Shown here: positions 18,626 to 26,561 of the stretch, piece after piece | Layout: every line of letters begins with the position of its first letter | Numbering within the stretch: position 1 is the first letter of the stretch | Assembly: GCA_002336805.1 (NCBI GenBank) | Contig: DDEZ01000012.1 | Coordinates: forward strand, 647,040-711,039 | Length of the DNA: 64,000 nt | Source of the DNA: Bacteroidetes bacterium UBA1941 | GTDB taxonomy: Bacteria; Bacteroidota; Bacteroidia; Chitinophagales; LD1 | Reading direction: 5' to 3' | Position numbers and translations under genes: made by a program | Notes under the pieces: generated by a model | Databases searched by the model: none | Told to the model about the DNA's origin: nothing | What the model saw: the letters and a program-made list of their open reading frames with translations, nothing else

Positions 18626-20050
18626 ATGACAGATAGTAAGCTACATATTCTTTTGTCACGCTTGTCTGCCTACGAGCTAAACCGCTTCGGGACATTCCTG
18701 GCCTCTCCCTACCACAATCAGGACCAGAAGCTGATCTCCCTCTTTGATGCCCTGCGGCCACACTACAGGTCAAACAATACTGCTGACCCAGATAAGTACA
18801 AAATATGGAAAAAGGTCCAGCCCGGACGGCAGTTTACCAATCTATATTTCGCCCGCCTGCTGTCTGACCTGCTCAAGAAGCTGGAGACCTACCTGACCAT
18901 CGAGCGCCTGAAAAAGCAGCAGCACGACAATAGCTACCACCTGCTGGATCTGTATACCAGCATGAAGCTGGACAAGCATTTCACAGAGCCATACCTCCAT
19001 GCCCGCAGGCAGCTGGAGAGCCAGCCGCTTCGTGATCATGACTACTACCTGCATACCTTCCGCCTGGATGAGCAGCTGTATACCTTTATGGAAAACAAAG
19101 GGCAGCGCAGTACCGAGAAGCACCTCACAGAGGCCATGCATAGCCTCGACAGCTTCTACCTGGTCAATAAGCTCCGGTACTGTGCCTCTATTCTGCACTA
19201 CAGGCACTTCCTCAGTATGCAGGAGGATACAGCCCTGCTCACGGAGATCATGAGCTACCTGGAGCGGCAGCCACCTGCATCAGTGCCGGTAGCAGATGCC
19301 TACTACCGCGCCATACTCACGCTGGTAGCACCGGAGCAGGAGGCACACTATACAGCGCTGAAGCAGTTGTTCTTTCAGCACCTGCCGCTCATGGCAGAGT
19401 ATACGCGGAGGGAGCTATTCGTATTTGCCCTAAACTACTGTATACGCCGGATCAATAAAGGCGATACCAGCTACCTCTCAGAGATACTCACACTGTACCA
19501 GTATGCACTGGATCACGAGCTGCTGTACCAGGATGGTATCCTGTCTCCGTGGGACTACAAGAATATAGTGACCATAGCCCTGAGGGGCAAAGATCACGGA
19601 TGGGCACGCACCTTCATAGAAACCTACAAGAAGAAGCTACCTAAGGATGAGCAGGTCAATGCATACACGTTTAATATGGCCCGCTACTTCTTTGCCGTGA
19701 GGCAGTACGACCAGGTGCTGAAACTGCTGCAGGATGTGGAGTATAATGATGTCTTCTATCAGCTAGACTCCAAGACCACTCTGATGAAGACCTACTATGA
19801 GCTGGATGCCTATCCATCGCTGCTATCCCTGCGTGAAAGTTTCCGTATGCTACTGGACCGCAAGAAGCTCATATCGGAGCAGAACAAGGTGAACTATGGC
19901 AACTTCTCACGACTCATACTAAAGCTGTACCGCGTAGATGTAAAAAACAAAGCCAGGCTCACTGCATTGCGCAAGGAAATAGAAACCACCAGCAACACAG
20001 CCGACCGCACCTGGATACAGGAGAAGCTCAACGAACTAGACCCAAAGTAG
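18626..20050 (+). CDS. Uncharacterised all-helical cytoplasmic protein, 474 aa; paralog of 13959-15377
   Basis: It shares long identical runs with the paralog (LDSKTTLMKTYYEL, RKKLISEQN, GILSPWDYKNI, YALDHELLY, LRKEIETT.NTADR) and has the same divergent arrangement relative to a dockerin/cohesin-tail cargo gene. Confidence 0.8.
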   Translation: MTDSKLHILLSRLSAYELNRFGTFLASPYHNQDQKLISLFDALRPHYRSNNTADPDKYKIWKKVQPGRQFTNLYFARLLSDLLKKLETYLTIERLKKQQHDNSYHLLDLYTSMKLDKHFTEPYLHARRQLESQPLRDHDYYLHTFRLDEQLYTFMENKGQRSTEKHLTEAMHSLDSFYLVNKLRYCASILHYRHFLSMQEDTALLTEIMSYLERQPPASVPVADAYYRAILTLVAPEQEAHYTALKQLFFQHLPLMAEYTRRELFVFALNYCIRRINKGDTSYLSEILTLYQYALDHELLYQDGILSPWDYKNIVTIALRGKDHGWARTFIETYKKKLPKDEQVNAYTFNMARYFFAVRQYDQVLKLLQDVEYNDVFYQLDSKTTLMKTYYELDAYPSLLSLRESFRMLLDRKKLISEQNKVNYGNFSRLILKLYRVDVKNKARLTALRKEIETTSNTADRTWIQEKLNELDPK

Positions 20051-20056
20051 TATTGC

Positions 20057-20108
20057 TAAAGTATAGCAAAGCCACCTGCATCGTGCGGGTGGCTTTGCTA
20101 TACTTTAA
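20057..20108. terminator. Long bidirectional terminator hairpin between convergent genes
   Basis: TAAAGTATAGCAAAGCCACC-tgcatcgtgcg-GGTGGCTTTGCTATACTTTA forms a ~20-bp perfect stem. It sits between the stop at 20050 (+) and the stop at 20120 (-). Confidence 0.75.
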
Positions 20109-20119
20109 GAGTGTGCAGC

Positions 20120-22507
20120 CTATTTGAAAGTGATGGTCATCTCTACGCGGCGGTTCTTCTGGCGTCCTGCGGCAGTACTATTGTCTGCTATAGGGCGGGT
20201 GAGTCCGTAGCCTGCGGTCTCCAGCTTAGAGGCATCTACGTTCTTGCTCACGAGATACTTCTTCACTGCTTCTGCACGCTTGCGCGAGAGCTCCATATTC
20301 ATCTCAGCCTTGCCTACATTATCAGTATGGCCTTCTATCTTGAGACCGTAGTTTGGTTTATCTATCAGGAGCTTGGCCAGGCCATTCAGAGAGACGAAGG
20401 ACTTGGCACGTATCACATCCTTGCCAGTTTCAAACTCGAGATTGTCAAAGGCGTACTTCACAGTCTCCAGTTCCTTCTTGCTCAGTGCCGGGCAGCCCTT
20501 ATTTTCAGCCACACCAAATACGGCAGGGCATGCATCATCTTTATCCAGTACACCATCGCCATCTGTATCAGGCCATGGACATCCCTTGTTCTCTATTGGT
20601 CCCTTCACTCGAGGGCAGCCATCTTCATTGTCATAGAGGCCGTCACCATCCGTGTCAGGACATCCCTTGTGAGCCTTGTCTCCCGGTACATCAGGACACG
20701 CATCATTCTTATCTGCTACGCCATCCATATCGCGGTCAGGGCAGCCATTCAGCTCCTTGGTGCCTTTCTCTGTAGGGCACTCGTCATATTTGTCCCATAT
20801 ACCATCGCCATCAGTGTCAGGGCAGCCGCTCAGCTCTACAGGGCCAGCCACATCCGGGCATGAGTCATTCATATCATAGACACCATCCTTGTCACGGTCA
20901 GGGCAGCCCTGTGTCTCACGTGGACCAGGTATAGACGGACATTTGTCCTCGCTGTCTACTATGCTATCGCCATCCATGTCAGGGCAGCCTTGTGTAGCAC
21001 AGGTACCCTTTTCTTTCTTGCACTTATCCTTCTTATTGGATACACCGTCTTTATCACGGTCCCTCTGCTTCAGGTTTGGTATCGTGATCTTCAGGCCGGC
21101 CTGGACATTCATAGCATAGGCTGCTTTGCCGGCAAATACTGTGATCAGATTAGATGATGACACAAAGAGCGGACCTGCGCGGAGACCTACGCCGGCGCCA
21201 AAGTTGCCATAGTCATTGTAGCTCATCGGGATGTAGACACCGATCCACTTCCAGTCGTAGCGTGGTGTCAGCATGATGGAGTTTGGATAGTGTACCTGAT
21301 TGCCATCTTTGGCAAATACGGGAGAGACGGTACCGTTGAGGTTCAGGCCGAGACCCTTGTATATCTCCCAGTCCAGGAAGAGGTTGAAGCGCGTAGGCAG
21401 CCAGATCTTAAAGTCGCCTTTGCTGTCGGCCTTGAAATTGCCCGGCATGCTGTGAAACACGCTATCGAATGTGCGTACATCTGTGATGCCAGAGTTGGCT
21501 ATATCGTAGCCTTGTATATCTGCATAATAGTTCCGCACATTATCAGGCTTTGCAAATCTGACACGACCTATATCTATCACGGAGAAGCCGACTGCCAGTT
21601 TGTATTTGTTCTTGCCGTTTTCCCACCACTTCTTGCAGTCCATCTCATACTGGTACTTCTCTTTGTCCGGACGCCACTCATAGATGAGGCCGAGATCAGC
21701 CGCGAAAGATGGCCGGCTGAGGCTATTCATGATGTTATTGTAATTTATCTGACTGCTCGACACGATATCACTGTGGCCGTAGCTGATGTCAGACTTATTG
21801 ATATCTATCGTATCATAGTTGCGGATACGGTAGTCTATGTTTTTTGAGGCGACGTATCCGCCTGCTATGCCTACTATGAATTTGCCAGTGACGCCGGCCT
21901 TGAGCATGTGTGGGCCTTTGTCCAGCACTACGCGGGAGTAGGTCACGCCAAAGTCCGCCCATGCCAGGGCACGTGTAGCAAAGTTCTTGTTGTTGAGGTT
22001 TTGATAGTTGAACCCTGTGATAGAGTCTGCCTTGGTACCGAGGCCGAAATAGGCACTACGTGCAAAGCGCTCGCTGACACCATCTACATTCACGATGCTA
22101 TTCATATTGTATGACACACCGATGGCGTTCTTATTATTGTGGTTCTTGCCAAAGGAGAACATGAACGACAATGGCCCCTGCACCTGCATACCTACAAAGG
22201 CGCGCTTGGCATTGCCATTGAGGCGTTCACGCAGGTAGTTGTCCTGAAAGTTTGGATCATTGAAGTAGTCACGATGAGTGATGGTCTTGGGGTCCAGACC
22301 TATGTAGTTATTCTCTACACCAAAGCCTGCAGAGATCAGATTGATATCTACGAGGAAACGGTTGTCTGCTATGGCAGGGTTGTAGCTGATGTTTGACACA
22401 CCGCCAAACTGGCTGGCTTTTAGCACCTCATTGACCTGCGCGCGGAGGCCGAGCGAGAGGAGCAAAAGAATAACGAACGATAACCTGGGGAAGTAGTTTT
22501 TTATCAT
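20120..22507 (-). CDS. OmpA-family outer-membrane protein with thrombospondin type-3 (calcium-binding) repeats
   Basis: It has a signal peptide (MIKNYFPRLSFVILLLLSLGLRA) and an N-terminal beta-rich region. Repeated DxDxDG motifs follow (CPDTDGDGIWDKYDECP, CPDRDMDGVADKNDACP, DTDGDGVLDKDDACP). The C-terminal OmpA domain reads IEGHTDNVG...LSRKRAEAVKKYL...NRRVEMTITFK. The ATG at 22507 is preferred. Confidence 0.9.
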   Translation of the reverse strand: MIKNYFPRLSFVILLLLSLGLRAQVNEVLKASQFGGVSNISYNPAIADNRFLVDINLISAGFGVENNYIGLDPKTITHRDYFNDPNFQDNYLRERLNGNAKRAFVGMQVQGPLSFMFSFGKNHNNKNAIGVSYNMNSIVNVDGVSERFARSAYFGLGTKADSITGFNYQNLNNKNFATRALAWADFGVTYSRVVLDKGPHMLKAGVTGKFIVGIAGGYVASKNIDYRIRNYDTIDINKSDISYGHSDIVSSSQINYNNIMNSLSRPSFAADLGLIYEWRPDKEKYQYEMDCKKWWENGKNKYKLAVGFSVIDIGRVRFAKPDNVRNYYADIQGYDIANSGITDVRTFDSVFHSMPGNFKADSKGDFKIWLPTRFNLFLDWEIYKGLGLNLNGTVSPVFAKDGNQVHYPNSIMLTPRYDWKWIGVYIPMSYNDYGNFGAGVGLRAGPLFVSSSNLITVFAGKAAYAMNVQAGLKITIPNLKQRDRDKDGVSNKKDKCKKEKGTCATQGCPDMDGDSIVDSEDKCPSIPGPRETQGCPDRDKDGVYDMNDSCPDVAGPVELSGCPDTDGDGIWDKYDECPTEKGTKELNGCPDRDMDGVADKNDACPDVPGDKAHKGCPDTDGDGLYDNEDGCPRVKGPIENKGCPWPDTDGDGVLDKDDACPAVFGVAENKGCPALSKKELETVKYAFDNLEFETGKDVIRAKSFVSLNGLAKLLIDKPNYGLKIEGHTDNVGKAEMNMELSRKRAEAVKKYLVSKNVDASKLETAGYGLTRPIADNSTAAGRQKNRRVEMTITFK
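20490..21062 (-). repeat. Coding array of TSP3-type Asp-rich repeats
   Basis: About eight CPD.D.DG..D..D.CP units, from DRDKDGVSNKKDKC to ACPAVFGVAENKGCP. They generate several long shadow ORFs on the plus strand (20111-20863, 20353-20775 and others). Confidence 0.75.
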
Positions 22508-22643
22508 GCGGTTTAGGTTGATGGATAATGAGATGGCTAAGCAAATCCAATGCCAAAGCACCTGTCAGAATGCGTGGCCTTAGACACTTTAAAGGTACAT
22601 ATTATAAGTACCCAGAGAAATTTATTCTATCTGATATAGCTCA

Positions 22644-23885
22644 TCAAAAGAGATGACTAAAGAGGCCATCCCTTAGCTTAGGCTCAAACCAGGTAGACTT
22701 GGGCGGCATCACATTGCCGGAGTCTGCTATGTCCATGAGCTGCTGCAGCGAGACTGGGTATAGTGCAAAGGCCACGGCCATCTCTCCGCTATCTACTCGG
22801 CGCTCCAGCTGGCCCAGGCCCCGGATACCACCTACGAAGTCGATACGCTTATCCGTGCGCTGATCCTTGATACCGAAGAGCGGGTCGAGGACATTGTCTG
22901 AGAGAATGGATACATCGAGGATACCGATGGGGTCAGTAGTGTAGGTGCCTTCCTTTGCCGTGAGGCGGTACCACTGGTGGTCTATGTACATAGCGAAGTC
23001 GTGCAGCTGTGTGGGTTTAGCCTGATCAGCGGCGATCTCCATCACATCAAACTTGTCCGCCAGCTTAGCGATTAGTGTCTCTTTGGTCATACCATTGAGG
23101 TCGCGGATCACACGGTTGTAGTCCATGATGGCGAGCTCATCTGCGGGGAAGAGGACAGAGAGGAAGTAGTTGTACTCCTCCTGGCCGGTGTGGGCAGGGT
23201 TTGCCTCGCGGAGTTGCTTGCCGACTTTGGCGGCAGAGGCAGTGCGGTGGTGGCCGTCGGCTATGTATGTGTATGGGATGTCCTTGGCAAAGAAGCCGGT
23301 GATGGCGGCTATGTCAGCAGGGCTGTCTATGACCCACACCTGATGGCGGATGCCATCCTCAGAGGTGAAGTCATTGACAGCCTGGCCGGCTATGGTGCGG
23401 GCTATGATTTCCTTGACACCCGTATGCGCCGGGTATGTGAGGAAGATGGGACCGACGTGAGCCTTTACGGCCTTCATGTGGTCTATGCGATCCTGCTCCT
23501 TCTCGGGGCGGGTGTACTCGTGCTTCTTGATCACATCGGCAAAGTAGTCCTCTATAGAGCAGCAAGCCACGAGGCCTACCTGGCGGCGACCGGCCATGGT
23601 CTGGGCGTAGATGTAGAGGTAGTCTCCGGCATCCTGTACCAGCGTACCGTCTGCTATGAAGCCTCTGAAGGCTCGGGCAGCCTGGTCGTAGACCTGCTGG
23701 CTGTGGTCATCGGTGCCCTCGGACAGGTCTATCTCGGCACGGCTGACGTGCAGGAAGGAGTGGGCATGGCCAGCGGCCATCTGGCGGGCCTCGGTGGTGT
23801 TCATCACGTCATAGGGCAGGGTGGCTACCTGTGGGGCGAGGGCGGGGGCGGGGCGCAGGGCGCGGAAGGGTCTGATCGTGGCCAT
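22644..23885 (-). CDS. DUF1015 family protein
   Basis: MATIRPFRALRPAPALAPQVATLPYDVMNTTEARQMA... is the conserved DUF1015 N-terminus (I.PF.A.RP......V...PYDV), and the size (~410 aa) is typical. Confidence 0.85.
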   Translation of the reverse strand: MATIRPFRALRPAPALAPQVATLPYDVMNTTEARQMAAGHAHSFLHVSRAEIDLSEGTDDHSQQVYDQAARAFRGFIADGTLVQDAGDYLYIYAQTMAGRRQVGLVACCSIEDYFADVIKKHEYTRPEKEQDRIDHMKAVKAHVGPIFLTYPAHTGVKEIIARTIAGQAVNDFTSEDGIRHQVWVIDSPADIAAITGFFAKDIPYTYIADGHHRTASAAKVGKQLREANPAHTGQEEYNYFLSVLFPADELAIMDYNRVIRDLNGMTKETLIAKLADKFDVMEIAADQAKPTQLHDFAMYIDHQWYRLTAKEGTYTTDPIGILDVSILSDNVLDPLFGIKDQRTDKRIDFVGGIRGLGQLERRVDSGEMAVAFALYPVSLQQLMDIADSGNVMPPKSTWFEPKLRDGLFSHLF

Positions 23886-24081
23886 GTGGTCTGGTTTGAT
23901 GGGGGCAAAGGTAGCAATGTCTCTGAGAGAGACGGGGGACGGAGGGCGAAGGACGAGGGTAACAGCCGTCTGGGGAGCAAGTTTTTCGACTAAGGAGTGA
24001 AGTAGTGGCGCGGGTTTGAGGGGGGCGCTGTGGGACGGAGGGCGTGAGGCGAGAGACGGGAGGAACAGCCGGGATGCCGTG

Positions 24082-24109
24082 GTAGTGACAAGTCGCGAAC
24101 TGTCACTAC
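24082..24109. repeat. Imperfect 28-bp palindrome GTAGTGACAAGTCGCGAACTGTCACTAC
   Basis: It has the same outer arms (GTAG.GACA...TGTC.CTAC) and the same TCGCGA centre as the perfect copy 82 bp downstream, with two mismatched positions per arm. Confidence 0.7.
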
Positions 24110-24163
24110 AGGTGTCGCCAGGCCAAGTTTTCCGACTGAAGGAACAAGTGGTGGTGCGGGTTG

Positions 24164-24191
24164 GTAGGGACAGGTCGCGACCTGTCCCTAC
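24164..24191. repeat. Perfect 28-bp palindrome GTAGGGACAGGTCGCGACCTGTCCCTAC
   Basis: I checked by hand that the reverse complement equals the sequence. This gives a 14-bp stem potential on either strand. Confidence 0.85.
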
Positions 24192-24398
24192 GGCTGGTGC
24201 AGGGCAAGTTTTTCGACTGATGGGAGGGGTAGATGTGATTGGGGGTATGGTCGGATGGATCCATGAATGGCTTTGAAGGTCAATGGATTAGATATGGGTG
24301 AACATAGCAACCCTAGCTAAGGCACTGATAGACACAATAAAATGAGACTAACGGGCACATGCCGTAGTGGTGGGGGACCGTAACTGGTGCCGAAAAAC

Positions 24399-24623
24399 TT
24401 AGTTGATCCTTGGCTCCTTGCTCACGAAGAGGAAGGTGAGGCCGATGGAGAGGAGCAGGAAGGTGATCACTGCGCTAGGACCGTAGCCTGTCTCAAAGAA
24501 AGAGAGGTGCTTGGCCGGGTCATTGTACTCGAGATAGGCTGAGCTATTCATGTAGAGCATAGTGACTACTGCCAGCATGATGAATCCGATGATCGTAAAA
24601 ATACCGCCTATTACCTTTGACAT
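24399..24623 (-). CDS. Small hypothetical 2-TM membrane protein (74 aa)
   Basis: MSKVIGGIFTIIGFIMLAVVTMLYMNSSAYLEYNDPAKHLSFFETGYGPSAVITFLLLSIGLTFLFVSKEPRIN has two clean TM helices, and its codon usage matches the local style. Confidence 0.5.
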   Translation of the reverse strand: MSKVIGGIFTIIGFIMLAVVTMLYMNSSAYLEYNDPAKHLSFFETGYGPSAVITFLLLSIGLTFLFVSKEPRIN

Positions 24624-24748
24624 GACTTTTTGATTTACTCTGCGAATCTAGGGGAAAAAGTGAAAAGGCAAAACGAGAAAATGCAAAAAACAGGGGGTGA
24701 GGTGCCAAATCGGTGTGAGTTTGCTCATTTTATGCTCTTTCTGGCGGG

Positions 24749-24831
24749 TTCAAGCGAAAACGCTTGAGAACTGACGGGGCCGTGGATTTCAAATCCACTA
24801 CTAGTAAAGTTCGGGATTGCAAATCCCGAAC
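24749..24831. other. Cluster of three consecutive stem-loops at the edge of the AT-rich patch
   Basis: H1 is TTCAAGCG-aaaa-CGCTTGAG (24749-24768). H2 is GTGGA-tttcaaa-TCCAC (24782-24798). H3 is GTTCGGGAT-tgcaa-ATCCCGAAC (24809-24831). They lie 170-250 nt downstream of the stop at 24999 on the minus strand. Confidence 0.5.
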
Positions 24832-24998
24832 AGCAGGGGTATATATTCTCCATACTTATATAAACGGCACCCAAATTATGCGAAAGGTCATTGTTAGTCG
24901 CTAACGGAAATAATCTGCAAGTCTCGGAATTTACATTCTTTAGTAGCGGAAATTGCACGAAACAGAATTCCATAAATCTAAATACCCTCTATACAATT

Positions 24999-25523
24999 CT
25001 ACCATTTCGTGACATACAGTATAAGAGTGTTTTTACCCTTTCTGCGAAGTATGTTAAGCGATATTTGAACATCATTGTACTTATTGCTTAAATAGAGAAT
25101 ATTGAAATCGAGATCCTGTTTTTCAAGTTTTCTCCATAGCACTGTACCCAAACAATTCTGTATATAATCCGCTAGTTGCTGACCGTATTTCCGTAGCTCT
25201 AATGAGTCAGTTACTTCGATTGGCCCTACATTACTATGGTAGCTCCAAATACCGCCTTCCATACTAATCTCCGCATCTTTTTCGTTCAAAAAATTGACAT
25301 TTGATGTGTAAAATTTACGAGGGCCGGGATGAATTGGACGATATATGTGGTTATTCTTCAGTTGACCTATTAAACTAGAATGCGAGTCGTAATTTCCCCT
25401 TTCTTTTAAAACAAAATCATTTAGACTTTTCAAGGGCAAGCATATGTTTGTATCAGTCATTTCTTGGGACCGACAATATGATGCGACCGAAAGAAAAATC
25501 AATGCTAAAAACCTTCCGTGCAT
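24999..25523 (-). CDS. Hypothetical secreted protein (174 aa), no recognisable family
   Basis: It has a signal-like N-terminus (MHGRFLALIFLSVASYCRSQ), is AT-rich, and starts 1 nt after the stop of the upstream 159-aa gene, consistent with an operon. Confidence 0.6.
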   Translation of the reverse strand: MHGRFLALIFLSVASYCRSQEMTDTNICLPLKSLNDFVLKERGNYDSHSSLIGQLKNNHIYRPIHPGPRKFYTSNVNFLNEKDAEISMEGGIWSYHSNVGPIEVTDSLELRKYGQQLADYIQNCLGTVLWRKLEKQDLDFNILYLSNKYNDVQISLNILRRKGKNTLILYVTKW

Positions 25524-25524
25524 C

Positions 25525-26004
25525 CTATTGCTTTTCTGCCTTAATCAAATCAAATACGTTGAATTCTCCATTACCATAAACTTGGCCTAACTTTCCTGTG
25601 TAGATATACGGCTTACCATTCTTTTTAGACTCATATTTCCCTGTAAAAATGAGAGAATCGAATCGCCTCTTATCGGGTGATTCGAATTTAGTACCACAAC
25701 CAATTTTAGTTGTTTTCAATTCAGATATCTGAATTTTAGGATTATCCAGCTTCTCTAGTCTGAAGTAAGCTACATGCAAACATTTGTCTGCAGGATCAGT
25801 ACCTATGACCCAAACAATCTTAACTGGAACTTGGATATCCTTGAAACCAATGAGCGTATCTATTACAAGCGTGTCTTTAGTGAGTACCCATTCTTTATGA
25901 TCTTTTGAAAAGTCTTTAGAGTAGACAGTCTGCCATTTAGTAGTTTGGGCATTTCCATAAGAATACAATACTGAGCAAAGTAGAATTGTTAAGATTTTTT
26001 TCAT
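25525..26004 (-). CDS. Hypothetical secreted protein (159 aa), no recognisable family
   Basis: It has a signal peptide (MKKILTILLCSVLYSYGNAQ), is AT-rich, and uses ATT/GTT/TTG/TTA codons that are unlike the flanking genes. Confidence 0.65.
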   Translation of the reverse strand: MKKILTILLCSVLYSYGNAQTTKWQTVYSKDFSKDHKEWVLTKDTLVIDTLIGFKDIQVPVKIVWVIGTDPADKCLHVAYFRLEKLDNPKIQISELKTTKIGCGTKFESPDKRRFDSLIFTGKYESKKNGKPYIYTGKLGQVYGNGEFNVFDLIKAEKQ

Positions 26005-26087
26005 TTGTTTTTTTTCAAATTTATGATGTAATAATGAAAATTCCTATACCCAAAAAAGGGTATGATGAAGCTCAAATGCTCATAGTG

Positions 26088-26530
26088 CTAATCTATATTG
26101 AACGCCCACTCCATAGGCTGCATTTGTGTCACCTCTGCACTTGGCACACCGAAATCCTCAACTACAGTTCCCTTAATGACATAGCATCCTCTCCCTAAAA
26201 ATGGATATCGCTCTATAGACTGAGTGAAGTGTACAGTATCAAAAAGATCACCGTATTCATCAATGAAGTTGCCGAAATACATCTTATCTCCGTTGATTGT
26301 ATGTGGAAAGTATTTTACCGTATATACCCGAGAACCGTCGTAATGATGTGATAATATAGACCCGTCGGATGCTGACTTTCCTGTTGGCTTTAACATTCTA
26401 TCCGCACACTCAGATATAGAGAAGGAAATCCTCGCATCTAATTTGGTAGGAGTATTCAAAATGCTCTCTACTTCGTTTGGTGACCAAATGCATAGTGTAC
26501 TTGCAAATGCGATACTGGCATTTGTTGAAA
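26088..26530 (-). pseudogene. 3'-terminal fragment of a DNA polymerase III alpha (dnaE-like) gene
   Basis: The C-terminal part of the 178-aa ORF reads GDKMYFGNFIDEYGDLFDTVHFTQSIERYPFLGRGCYVIKGTVVEDFGVPSAEVTQMQPM. This matches the conserved extreme C-terminus I recall for Bacteroidota DnaE (M.FGTF.D..G.FFDTVHFPP....YPF.G.G.Y...GKV.EEFG.PS.EV.KM). A full gene exceeds 1000 codons, and only ~110-150 homologous codons are present. The ORF's N-terminus runs into repeat copy A. The 5' limit is approximate. Confidence 0.6.
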
Positions 26531-26561
26531 GTAGCGAGGGTGGGACACTTGTAGACTTACG

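Larger units (their letters stand above)
23934..24245. repeat. Three tandem copies of a composite G-rich intergenic repeat (REP-like)
   Basis: GGGACGGAGGGCG recurs at 23936 and 24032. The block CAAGTTTT(T)CGACT(A/G)A...GTGG.GCGGGTT recurs at about 23978, 24124 and 24206. Two of the units carry a 28-bp palindrome. The region lies inside a 513-bp gene-free gap between two minus-strand genes. Confidence 0.7.

Noticed and set aside
20111-20863. 250-aa plus-strand ORF, with nested ORFs at 20353-20775, 20373-20636, 20676-20879 and 20889-21119.
   Set aside because: These are shadow frames opposite the OmpA/TSP3 gene. Their Ser/Pro/His-rich low-complexity products are generated by the antisense of the Asp/Gly/Cys repeats.
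23190-23993. 267-aa plus-strand ORF.
   Set aside because: It is antisense to the well-supported DUF1015 gene, and its product is Gly/Val/Ala-rich with no motifs.
24016-24276. 86-aa ORF (MRGALWDGGREARDGRNSRD...) in the G-rich tract.
   Set aside because: It is made entirely of the tandem repeat and palindrome sequence and has a Gly/Arg-rich composition. It is more parsimoniously non-coding.
24725-24973. 82-aa minus ORF, plus the idea that the hairpins at 24782-24831 belong to a tRNA such as tRNA-Sec or tRNA-Cys (loops TTTCAAA and TTGCAAA).
   Set aside because: No cloverleaf can be built. There is no GTTCRANYC T-loop, no acceptor-stem complement to the upstream sequence, and 15 nt separate the first two helices. 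The ORF spans the hairpins and has no plausible protein features.
26046-26063. ATACCC-aaaaaa-GGGTAT hairpin after the dnaE fragment, considered as a terminator.
   Set aside because: The stem is only 6 bp, and the T-run on the minus strand falls in the loop rather than after the stem.
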